A stretch of 24,777 nt of DNA, from NCBI GenBank assembly GCA_027451365.1, contig DAIDJN010000085.1:1-24777 (forward strand), read 5' to 3'. Shown piece by piece: positions 1-8,327 of the stretch. Position 1 is the stretch's first letter. The number at the start of each line of letters is the position of its first letter. The translations under genes were made by a program, and so were the position numbers. The notes under the pieces are model-generated. The model made no database searches, was not told the DNA's origin, and saw nothing but the letters and a program-made list of their open reading frames with translations. Source of the stretch: Phycisphaerales bacterium. GTDB taxonomy: Bacteria > Planctomycetota > Phycisphaerae > WQYP01.

Positions 1-1
1 G

Positions 2-847
2 CTGACGAATTCCGGCGGCTATATCGTGGAAGCCTATGACACGGATGCATATGGCAACACGTTAATTTTTATCGAGCCTGGCACTGACGGCCGCTGGTTC
101 ACGGATGATGACACACAGTCCAGCTACGGTGCCAATGAAATTATCTATTGCGGCTATCGCTTCGATTCGGAAACAGAATTGTATTTTGTCCGCAATCGGA
201 CCTATAACCCCGTCCTTGGCCGTTGGATTCAGCGTGATCCGGTTGGGTATGCCGGCGGGATTAATTTGTATGAGTATGTGGGGGGAGGTGCCGCTGGAGG
301 AAGTGACTCAACGGGTTTAAATGATATGTGGTATTTTCAGCATCAGATGGGAGTTTTTGCTCCTCAAGCATGTTGCGGGAAGGATAAATACGATCCTAGG
401 ACCGATTGTTGTGAAAAGGGAAAGGTTGTTCCTATGGAGCCAATCTGGGAGTGTGTCCGCCGATTCGCTAACCACAACTGGATTCCGGTCATTCCATTCC
501 TTGGACATTTCGAGACCGGACATGGCTATTATTGCTGCGACGGGCCCAATAAGAATTGCTTTGGCAATCCGGGTGCCTATCCCGCCGGTTTGGGACGAGG
601 TTACCCTGCGGCGGGCACGGCAATCCTAAAAGGGAGCCTGCTCCCGCCTGAGCTGTTGAAAGGGGGCGGCTGTGACGCAGCCGAGATTTGCCCCGCTGCA
701 AAGAGGAAAAAGTGCAATAAGCCCAAAGCTTCTCATAGATTAGGAAAATGGTATGAATGCCAATGGAACTGCCAGGATGAGGCGTGGTGCGGTGGTGTGA
801 GGACCATAGATATATATGACCCGCCAATATTCTATTTGAAACGCTGA
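2..847 (+). CDS. RHS repeat-associated core protein with Cys-rich C-terminal toxin domain (5'-partial, extends left of window)
   Basis: Frame is open from base 2 (LTNSGGYIVEAYDTDAYGN). RHS core motifs YCGYRFDSETELYFVRNRTYNPVLGRWIQRDPVGYAGGINLYEYV and DSTGL are followed by a variable 175-aa tip. Confidence 0.92.
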   Translation: MTNSGGYIVEAYDTDAYGNTLIFIEPGTDGRWFTDDDTQSSYGANEIIYCGYRFDSETELYFVRNRTYNPVLGRWIQRDPVGYAGGINLYEYVGGGAAGGSDSTGLNDMWYFQHQMGVFAPQACCGKDKYDPRTDCCEKGKVVPMEPIWECVRRFANHNWIPVIPFLGHFETGHGYYCCDGPNKNCFGNPGAYPAGLGRGYPAAGTAILKGSLLPPELLKGGGCDAAEICPAAKRKKCNKPKASHRLGKWYECQWNCQDEAWCGGVRTIDIYDPPIFYLKR

Positions 848-849
848 GA

Positions 850-1224
850 ATGAACATGCGAAAATGGCTTCCATATTGGGTGGTACTTCTGCACACAATC
901 CTGGTGTTTGGCTTTGCCTTCCTTCTGGCTCAATCTCTAGACCTGCAAAGCGCAGATAGTCTTGAAGCTACGCAAGTACTCTGGACACTATTTATGGCAA
1001 TCGATTTTCCTGCCAGTATCTTCGGTGCGTTGGTTTTGCGGCTATTCTCCCATTGGTTTCCCGGTACTGAACCAGCGACTTACTCAATGTGGGGGGAGTG
1101 TTGGTTTCCAGCATTCTATTTTGCGATAATTGGTGCCATCCAGTGGTACCTGATTGTGAGGTTTACTCCTGATATCGTAAACTTCTGTCGGATGCGAACA
1201 CGGGAGGGGAATATTCATTCTTAG
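850..1224 (+). CDS. Putative cognate immunity protein (small integral membrane protein)
   Basis: Starts 2 nt after the RHS stop. 124 aa with about 3 hydrophobic helices. Function inferred from the standard toxin-immunity gene order. Confidence 0.7.
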   Translation: MNMRKWLPYWVVLLHTILVFGFAFLLAQSLDLQSADSLEATQVLWTLFMAIDFPASIFGALVLRLFSHWFPGTEPATYSMWGECWFPAFYFAIIGAIQWYLIVRFTPDIVNFCRMRTREGNIHS

Positions 1225-1306
1225 TAACTTGCGATTCCCGGCGCCGCCGCGTGCCTTGTGTCTTCTGTGTCGCAGTGTTGCAGGAGAGCGAAACGGGGAC
1301 GTAGCT

Positions 1307-1324
1307 TAATGCCACTAAGTTAAG
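1307..1324. mobile_element. IS4-family terminal inverted repeat (right end)
   Basis: TAATGCCACTAAGTTAAG closely resembles the IS4 end as I recall it (TAATGCCGATCAGTTAAG). It contains the stop codon (1320-1322, minus strand) of the transposase remnant. Confidence 0.75.
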
Positions 1325-1701
1325 CCAAATCGCCATATTTTTCAAAGAGTTGTGCTTTGAGTACGGCCCGCGGTTTGGTCATATAGGGGAACTGCTTTTT
1401 GGGGCGTTTGAGTACACGCGATTCCAATTGGCCGGAACGTAAGGGGGTTGACAATCAAGGCCGGGCATTCATGCAGGTCACCGTGGCGCATCCATGCGAG
1501 GGTATCAGCAAAGCTCAGACGATTGACGTTGACACCCTGCCGTCGCGCCGCCTGCAGCATGATGATTCGGATAAGGTTGTATACCAATAGAAATATCAGC
1601 CTTTCTTTGCGCACCCCATCAAGGGTCTTGCACTTGAGTACATCCATGCCCAGTGTGATTTTCAGGTGGCGAATGTTCGTTTCTATCATCCATCGTGAGA
1701 G
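1320..1701 (-). pseudogene. IS4-family transposase C-terminal fragment, frameshifted
   Basis: RWMIETNIRHLKITLGMDVLKCKT..VRKE..YNLIR matches the Y-(2)-R-(3)-E-(6)-K region, with the Tyr lost at the junction. After a frameshift in the G5 run at about 1443-1447 the typical tail NPLRSGQLESRVLKRPKKQFPYMTKPR...DLA* resumes. N-terminal part absent. Confidence 0.85.
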
Positions 1702-2137
1702 CCGTAGGTTACTGTGGATCGGTTTATTCCGGTGCGCCTTTGTGTCGTGGTGATGATCATTGGCTTCCGGTTATGCGTTACCCAGCCTCCTGGGTGGTAA
1801 ACGCGGACCGTGGCTGTTTCTCGGACCACGGTGTTTTGGTCTGCGGCCAAAGTGGCTGTCTGCCGCCAGCGTTGCGTTGCTTCCAGCGTATGCCAATACT
1901 CATATGCCAATGCCCCCAGATCACCGGGTATCTGATTTACTTATCCATAAACTTCCGCCCGATACCGGTTCATTGAGAGCGCTATGCGAACAAATAGAGC
2001 GCGCCAAGCGCTTAATGGAGCCGTGAATCAGATCATTTGCCGGTCGCCAGAAAAATGGCCGCACCATAGCGTTGGACCGCAAAAAAACTGTTTCAATGCA
2101 AAAGAACCGCCGTATAGGTAAAGACAAATATTGTCGG

Positions 2138-2167
2138 TTGCTATTGTTATGGAGTCGTGATTATACT
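2138..2167 (+). promoter_or_regulatory. Possible sigma70-type promoter for satP
   Basis: TTGCTA-18 nt-TATACT about 90 nt upstream of the ATG at 2258. Pattern match only. Confidence 0.3.
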
Positions 2168-2257
2168 TCCAACCATTGTTCTGGCTTCGCCGGGCGGACC
2201 GCTCAGGCGGAACCGGGAAGTATCATTTCGGTTGGCCACATGAATTTTGGAGTCGCA

Positions 2258-2839
2258 ATGTCGGAAGCAAACAACTGGGTGGTAAAGGATTCAACCGGTA
2301 ACCCGGCTCCGTTGGGGCTGATGGGATTTGGGATGACCACTGTTCTGCTTAATCTGGCCAACGCCGGATTTTTCAGCCTGAATTCCATGATTCTGGCCAT
2401 GGGCATCTTTTACGGCGGCATCGCTCAGCTTATTGCCGGAATAATGGAATGGCGAAAGGGGAATACCTTCGCCGCGACGGCGTTTTGTTCGTATGGAACA
2501 TTCTGGCTGACGCTGGTATGGCTGATTGAAAGCCCAGGACTAAAACTGCCCCCGGACGCCAAGGCGATGGGATCGTATTTTGCCATCTGGGGAGTTTTTA
2601 CTCTGTTTCTGTTTATTGGCACACTGCGGTTGAATCGCACGCTGCAGTTTGTGTTTGCAACATTGACCATTCTGTTTGCACTGCTGGCGGCGAAGGAATT
2701 TTCCGGAGCCGACTGGGTGGGCACTGTGGCGGGTTACGAGGGAATCGTGTGTGGAAGCAGTGCAATGTACGCCGGTTTTGCGCAGGTCCTTAATGAAGTC
2801 TATGGACGAACTGTGCTGCCACTGGGGGCGGTGCAATAA
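2258..2839 (+). CDS. satP: Acetate uptake transporter (GPR1/FUN34/YaaH, SatP family)
   Basis: Signature GNPAPLGLMGFGMTT, FYGGIAQLIAGIME, GNTFAATAFCSYGTFW; 6 TM segments. Start moved to ATG 2258, which has GGAG upstream. Confidence 0.93.
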   Translation: MSEANNWVVKDSTGNPAPLGLMGFGMTTVLLNLANAGFFSLNSMILAMGIFYGGIAQLIAGIMEWRKGNTFAATAFCSYGTFWLTLVWLIESPGLKLPPDAKAMGSYFAIWGVFTLFLFIGTLRLNRTLQFVFATLTILFALLAAKEFSGADWVGTVAGYEGIVCGSSAMYAGFAQVLNEVYGRTVLPLGAVQ

Positions 2840-2879
2840 CAGAAAGTGGGGGGACTGGAACTGGCTCGCCAATTTTGCT

Positions 2880-4520
2880 TCAGGCCAGTGCCTTTTTCAC
2901 CAGGCTTCGGGCATCGGCCACAAGCTGGTTCAGATGTTCCTGGCTTTTGAGGCTTTCTGCATATATTTTGTATTGGGCTTCCGTTCCGGAGGGTCGCGCG
3001 GCAAACCAGCCGTTGGCGGTCGTGACCTTCAGCCCGCCGATGGCCGCGCCATTGCCCGGGGCGTGGGTCAGAGCGGCGGTAATCTGTTCACCGGCGACTT
3101 GCTTTTGTGTGACAGCTGTAGGTGAAAGTTTTTTCAGAGCCTCTTTTTCCCGCAATGTGCAAGGCTGGTCTTCCCGCACGTAAAAGGATCGTCCGAACTG
3201 CTTTTCAATTTCGGCGTAATGGACGCCGGGGTCTTTGCCGGTGCGGGCGGTCATTTCGCAGGCCAGAAGGTCCATGACCAGTCCGTCCTTGTCGGTTGTC
3301 CAGACGGTGCCGTCGCGACGAAGCAATGTGGCACCTGCGGATTCTTCCCCCACAAAACCAAGCGAGCCATCGGACAAGCCTTGGACAAACCATTTGAACC
3401 CGACGGGAACTTCATAGACTTTTCGGCTGGCGGCGGTGGTGACACGGTCTATAATTCCACTGCTGACGAGCGTTTTTCCAACCATGGCGGCGGCGGGCCA
3501 GCCGGGCCTGTGGCTGAACAGATAGCGCGCCGCGGCGGCAAGATTATGATTTGGCGGCAGCAATCCAACGGAGGGTGCAACGATACCGTGGCGGTCGGCG
3601 TCGGTATCGTTGCCGAAAGCGATCTGGTATTTATCTTTAAGGGCCACGAGTCCGGCCATGGCATAAGGACTGGAACAATCCATGCGTATCTGCCCATCGT
3701 GGTCGACGCGCATGCGGCGGAAGGTGAAATCCACATCCGCATTGATCACCGTCAGGTTCAGGCCATAGCGCCGGCGGATGGGTTCCCACAGGTGAACCGC
3801 GGCACCGCCCATGGGGTCGGCGGCAATGATTAAACCAGATGATTTAATAATGTCCATATCAATGACTGTCGATAAATCAATGACGTACGGCTCGATAAAG
3901 TTGTAAAATCGGGTGGTCGGCGCGCCCAGGGCCTGTTTGAGCGGAATTCTTTTGACCTGGCGGTTGGCGGCCCGCAGATACGTGTTGGCGCGGTCCTGAA
4001 TCCAGCTTGTGATGTCCACATCAGCCGGGCCGCCGGTGGGGGGATTGTATTTAAAGCCGCCATCGCGCGGCGGATTATGTGAGGGCGTGACCGCAATGCC
4101 ATCGGCGAAGCCGCCGGTTCGGCCACGGTTATGCTGCAGAATGGCGTGTGAAAGAAGTGGCACAGGGGTGTATTCGTTATCGACAGCGGGGCGCAGTTCC
4201 ACACCGTTTGCCGCGAGCACTTCCACGGCGGTGTCGTGGGCGGGGGTGTCAATACCATGGGTGTCCTTGGCAATGAACAGCGGGCCGTCAATTCCTTTGA
4301 TCCGCCGGCAGTCACAAATAGCCTGGGTCATGGCCAGCACGTGGGCTTCAGTAAACGAGCCGTCAAGCGGGGTGCCGCGGTGGCCGCTGGTGCCGAAGCT
4401 CACGGCCTGGCGTGGATCTGCAGGATCAGGCTTTTTGTCAAAATAGTCACGCGTCAGGGTAGCCATGTCGATCAGCATATCGGCGCTGGGTGGCTGGCCG
4501 GCATTGGGTGAAACAGGCAC
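2880..4520 (-). CDS. pgm: Phosphoglucomutase (alpha-D-glucose-1,6-bisphosphate-dependent)
   Basis: 546 aa. FGTSGHRG, phosphoserine loop TPSHNPP, metal loop DTDADRHG, GEESAG, ARPSGTE..YKIYAES. Confidence 0.96.
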   Translation of the reverse strand: MPVSPNAGQPPSADMLIDMATLTRDYFDKKPDPADPRQAVSFGTSGHRGTPLDGSFTEAHVLAMTQAICDCRRIKGIDGPLFIAKDTHGIDTPAHDTAVEVLAANGVELRPAVDNEYTPVPLLSHAILQHNRGRTGGFADGIAVTPSHNPPRDGGFKYNPPTGGPADVDITSWIQDRANTYLRAANRQVKRIPLKQALGAPTTRFYNFIEPYVIDLSTVIDMDIIKSSGLIIAADPMGGAAVHLWEPIRRRYGLNLTVINADVDFTFRRMRVDHDGQIRMDCSSPYAMAGLVALKDKYQIAFGNDTDADRHGIVAPSVGLLPPNHNLAAAARYLFSHRPGWPAAAMVGKTLVSSGIIDRVTTAASRKVYEVPVGFKWFVQGLSDGSLGFVGEESAGATLLRRDGTVWTTDKDGLVMDLLACEMTARTGKDPGVHYAEIEKQFGRSFYVREDQPCTLREKEALKKLSPTAVTQKQVAGEQITAALTHAPGNGAAIGGLKVTTANGWFAARPSGTEAQYKIYAESLKSQEHLNQLVADARSLVKKALA

Positions 4521-4612
4521 GAAGCATCTCCATCAAGAGGCGAACACTTTCGACATATCCGCCGCTTGCAAACGGTCGGCGGATTGGAATGATTCAGGGC
4601 AAACCGGACAAT

Positions 4613-4876
4613 TTATTCCTCGCCAAAGCGGCCATTGACCAGCCGTTCGAGAGCGTCAAGCGCGGCGGCGGCATCGTCGCCGTCGGCCTGAATTTTCAGG
4701 CTTGTGCCTTCGGTGGCGGCAAGCATCATCATGTGCATGATGCTTTTGCCATCCACGCATTGATCGGCTTTCCAAACGCGAATAGCGCTGTGGAACTGGT
4801 TGGCGACATCCACAAACTGCATCGCGGGCCGGGCATGAAGGCCGAGCTTATTGGATATTTTAATTTCTCTTTCCAT
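4613..4876 (-). CDS. ptsH: HPr-family phosphocarrier protein
   Basis: NKLGLHARPA (His15 motif) and VDGKSIM (Ser46 motif). Start taken at MEREIK. Confidence 0.94.
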   Translation of the reverse strand: MEREIKISNKLGLHARPAMQFVDVANQFHSAIRVWKADQCVDGKSIMHMMMLAATEGTSLKIQADGDDAAAALDALERLVNGRFGEE

Positions 4877-4983
4877 GTTGGCCTGTGCCGCTTCCAAAGT
4901 TCAGGTTGTGTTATGAAATTGCGGAATGTTGTCCGCTTCCGCATGGGGGGCGACTTCGCGGTGCGTTAAAAACGCGGAGGAAA

Positions 4984-5460
4984 TCAGCGTGCGACGCCGG
5001 TCTGATCGGCTTCATCCAGAAGATCGCTGATTTCCTTGCGAGTGGCTGCTCTGCGCAAAAATCGGCGGAAGTTGTCCTGCTGGAGGTTGCGGAATATATT
5101 TTCCATGGCCTGTAAATGGCCGTCGGGGCTTTCCGGCGGAGAAAGAAGCAGCACGATACTGTAGACGGGCGCCTGGTCGAGTGCCGCGAAATCAACACCG
5201 TTGGCACTTCGTCCAATGGTTCCGACCCGCTTTTTTATAAGCGAATGCTTCACATGAGGAACTGCCACACCTTTGCCGAAACCGGTGCTGCCATGCCTTT
5301 CGCGGTCAAGAATGGCTTTGCAGATGGTATCCACGTCTGCCTGGGCAATCGCCTTGTTTTCAGCCAGAGATACGACAAGCTCGCGAATAACCCCGTCGCG
5401 TGCCGTAGCCTTAAGCTCAGGCACAATTGCGTCCTTAATAATAAACTCCGAGAACTTCAT
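4984..5460 (-). CDS. ptsN: PTS IIA component, fructose/mannitol/Ntr type (PtsN-like)
   Basis: ILDRERHGSTGFGKGVAVPH phospho-His motif and GVDFAALD. Lies between hpf and HPr. Confidence 0.88.
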   Translation of the reverse strand: MKFSEFIIKDAIVPELKATARDGVIRELVVSLAENKAIAQADVDTICKAILDRERHGSTGFGKGVAVPHVKHSLIKKRVGTIGRSANGVDFAALDQAPVYSIVLLLSPPESPDGHLQAMENIFRNLQQDNFRRFLRRAATRKEISDLLDEADQTGVAR

Positions 5461-5554
5461 TGGATTTCCCCGTTTGGTTGTTGGTCACGCCTCGCTATGT
5501 TCCTGCAGGATTCCTTTTTGCGCCGGTCGCCGCCAACGGCCCGGCTGGGGTTGA

Positions 5555-5860
5555 TTATTCCGGATGTTTCCGGTTCCGGAATTTTTTCTTATGTTCAGAA
5601 ATCTGGCGTTCGAGTTTGTGGACGACCATATCAATGCATGCATAAAGATCGTCCCCTTCCATGCTGCCGACAAACATGTTGCGATGTTCCGCACTGACGA
5701 TAATTTCGACCCGTTTGGATTTTCCGGAGCTGCCGTCCAGGACGACCTCTATTTCCTTTATCAGATCATAAAATTTGGGCAACTTGCCGGCTTTTTCCTC
5801 CGCATGCTGGCGGATCGCGGGGGTTACGTCCATGTGACGTCCAGTCAATGTGATGATCAC
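5555..5860 (-). CDS. hpf: Ribosome hibernation promoting factor (short HPF/RaiA family)
   Basis: ITLTGRHMDVTPAIRQHAEEK...DLYACID..VHKLERQ. GTG start at 5860 with AAGGAG Shine-Dalgarno; 101 aa. Confidence 0.93.
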   Translation of the reverse strand: MIITLTGRHMDVTPAIRQHAEEKAGKLPKFYDLIKEIEVVLDGSSGKSKRVEIIVSAEHRNMFVGSMEGDDLYACIDMVVHKLERQISEHKKKFRNRKHPE

Positions 5861-6168
5861 TCGGAAACTCCTTAAACCGGCGGAATGGCAAAACAGGTTT
5901 TTTTCGGACCAACCGCCTTCATAAACGTATCGGCGCAGGCAGGCATCGTCAATAGTCAAAATAAATTGATGCCGGCTGTCCACAGTGGCCAAGGCGGCAC
6001 GGCCGGCCCGACCAGGTGGTGAAAGCGGGTGGTCTGGAGTGGTTGGCCAGCCGAACGGAGGCTTGGGTTGACGGCCACCGACCGCTTTACTGCATCACAA
6101 ACGGCTTGTTAAGCGTTAGAATAGTAGTACGGCGGCCGGGTGGCGAGCCGGTGGCCAAGGAGCATGAT

Positions 6169-7347
6169 ATGGATCGAATCTTCCGTTTTGCGGTGGTTGG
6201 CGCGGTAACCCTGCTGGGGTTGACGGCACTGCACACCGGCGTACGTGCGGCGGCGGCATCCAGGCAGAAAAAGGTTCCTACGCTCGCGATCCTGCCATTT
6301 GTAACTGAAAATGGCAGTTCGCAGGGCCTGGCCGACCGGATGCGGTTTGCCGTGGGAAAAAAAATGTCACGAAACGGCCACTTCAAGCGACTGGATGATC
6401 ATGATGTGGACATGATGATTTCCGCGCTGCAAATTCCATGGACTGCACCTGTGCATAAAGCGGATATTGTGACGGTTATAAAGAATTTGGCGACCAGCCA
6501 GACAGTGATGGGTTACCTGAAGGGCCGTCGGCTGAAACTGGAATTGTTTGTGGGCACCCGACTGGCGAAAACCGTTACGGCGACAATTCCACCGGACACA
6601 ACCAGTCCGCGTTTGACAGTGGAAGCGATGTTGACCAAGCTTGACAAAATTGGCTTTCATCATATGAGTTCCAAACAGGTGGATCATTCCAACCCGGCAA
6701 TTGAAAAATTGTTTAAAATCAGGCCTAATCTGGTCGCGGACCCGAATTTCAGTTTTTGTGAGCGACGCGGCTTGGCCGCTTCACCGGATTGGCAGATGTT
6801 CCTTGAAAAACAGGATTACCATCCGCCTCTGATTTCCGCAGCCAAGGCGCGGAATTTGCAGCCGGATTCAGTGGCCATTGTGCCGCAAAGCGTTGTTTCG
6901 GGTGCCCGAAGCCACGGCTATTGTCTGATGTTGCGAACCAGTTTGAATACAGCGCAGAACAATGGCCTGGCGTGTGAAAGTCTTTGGATTCCAGTGATAG
7001 ATGGGCATCGTTACCGATTTTCCGTGCAGTATCATAGTGCCGCGCCACGGATACGCATTTTTCTGAAAGGGTTTGCCTACTGGCCGGACGCTTTCAGCAG
7101 TGATAACAATTTGGCCAGCCAGCGGAAAGAGATTTACCGATATCAACTGTTGCCGCTGACCGCCAACAAGGGCTGGACTACCACGGAAGCGGATTTTTCA
7201 CCGCGGGCGATGCGCAGTTTGAATGCAAAACATCCAATAAAATGGATTCGCATCGACTTTTTCAGCTATCTGAACGCTGGCGACGCCTTTTTCCGACGCG
7301 TGCAAATTCGCGATATTACGCCAACGGCTGGTGGAGGCCGTCATTAG
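6169..7347 (+). CDS. Secreted uncharacterised protein (N-terminal TolB-N/CsgG-like alpha/beta region, C-terminal carbohydrate-binding-like beta-sandwich)
   Basis: AAGGAG SD before ATG 6169. Sec signal peptide MDRIFRFAVVGAVTLLGLTALHTGVRA. LAILPF motif; NLVADPNF...GHRYRFSV...FFRRVQI pattern. Domain calls are tentative. Confidence 0.7.
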   Translation: MDRIFRFAVVGAVTLLGLTALHTGVRAAAASRQKKVPTLAILPFVTENGSSQGLADRMRFAVGKKMSRNGHFKRLDDHDVDMMISALQIPWTAPVHKADIVTVIKNLATSQTVMGYLKGRRLKLELFVGTRLAKTVTATIPPDTTSPRLTVEAMLTKLDKIGFHHMSSKQVDHSNPAIEKLFKIRPNLVADPNFSFCERRGLAASPDWQMFLEKQDYHPPLISAAKARNLQPDSVAIVPQSVVSGARSHGYCLMLRTSLNTAQNNGLACESLWIPVIDGHRYRFSVQYHSAAPRIRIFLKGFAYWPDAFSSDNNLASQRKEIYRYQLLPLTANKGWTTTEADFSPRAMRSLNAKHPIKWIRIDFFSYLNAGDAFFRRVQIRDITPTAGGGRH

Positions 7348-7461
7348 CACCATTCAAACAAATTCAAAGAATTGGTGGGCGAGTGGGGAGGACTGGCCTG
7401 ATCAAGATTGCTTACCCGACCGCCCGGCGCGGCAAAAGATGGATGGAAGGAGGGCTGTCGC

Positions 7462-8235
7462 ATGGGGCGATACCTGAGCACGCAAACTGTTCGCCGGGCG
7501 CAGCAGCGGCAATTGAAAATGGCTCGGGATGTTTGTTTCATCGGGTGTCCACCTGATGTTCGTTACGTTGGCGGGGTGGACATGGCATTTGGGCGGGCCA
7601 CGGGTCAACCGGGCCTCCGGTCGGGGGCGGTGGGTTCGCCCGCAGTGGCGGTTGCGGTGGTGTGGGACCGACAAACGCGCAGGTGTGTGCAGGCGGTTTG
7701 CGCCCGGGGAACCGTTCGGTTTCCCTATGTGCCGGGACTCCTTTCTTTCCGGGAAGCTCCGCTGATGATGGCCGCAATCAGACGCATTGATTCCCCGGTG
7801 GATGTCTGGCTGGTGGACGGGCACGGCATTGCGCATCGGCGCGGTTGCGGACTGGCAACGCACATTGGCGTCGCATTGAATCTGCCAACAATTGGCGTTG
7901 CCAAAAGCCTGCTGACAGGGCGGCTGGCAGGGCCAGGTAAGCTTCGGCAAGCCAATATGGCGCTCGACCGTTTGGTGTGCGACTGGCAGGGGAGCGAGCG
8001 ATTTGCCGGTTATGCGATTCGTCCGCGGGCGGGGCACGAACCGCTGTACATAAGTCCGGGCAATCGGATTTCCGCGGAACAGGCGTTAAAAACAGTGGTG
8101 GATTGTCTAAATGGCGAAGACCGCTTGGCAGTGCCGATTCGCCTGGCTGACGCACTATGTGCCCAACTTCGGCTGATTCCACCTCACCGGCGCAAACTGA
8201 CCGCAGCGGCCTTGCAGGCCACCGTTGCGGTTTGA
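7462..8235 (+). CDS. nfi: Endonuclease V (deoxyinosine 3'-endonuclease)
   Basis: GGVD, FPYVPGLLSFREAP, LVDGHGIAH, GLATHIG, PTIGVAKS, PLYISPG, RLAD. GGAGG before ATG 7462. Confidence 0.93.
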   Translation: MGRYLSTQTVRRAQQRQLKMARDVCFIGCPPDVRYVGGVDMAFGRATGQPGLRSGAVGSPAVAVAVVWDRQTRRCVQAVCARGTVRFPYVPGLLSFREAPLMMAAIRRIDSPVDVWLVDGHGIAHRRGCGLATHIGVALNLPTIGVAKSLLTGRLAGPGKLRQANMALDRLVCDWQGSERFAGYAIRPRAGHEPLYISPGNRISAEQALKTVVDCLNGEDRLAVPIRLADALCAQLRLIPPHRRKLTAAALQATVAV

Positions 8236-8327
8236 TTGCCGTTCCTTTCCCAAGGCATTCTGCCGGCCGGTGTGTTGACCGTCTTGGCGGGCGGCCTGAC
8301 CAATTTGATCGGCAGGCGGCACAACGC

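Noticed and set aside
1702..2030. Short ORFs on both strands, including a minus-strand frame interrupted by one TAA
   Set aside because: No recognisable motif or SD. It may be a pseudogene but cannot be supported from sequence alone.
2072..2257. N-terminal extension of satP in the ORF track
   Set aside because: TTG start without SD. Family similarity and a GGAG SD point to ATG 2258.
5861..6168. Long N-terminal extensions of hpf (to 5992) and of the secreted protein (from 6016); possible sigma54 promoter
   Set aside because: Good SD sequences support starts at 5860 and 6169. No correctly spaced GG-N10-GC sigma54 consensus was seen.
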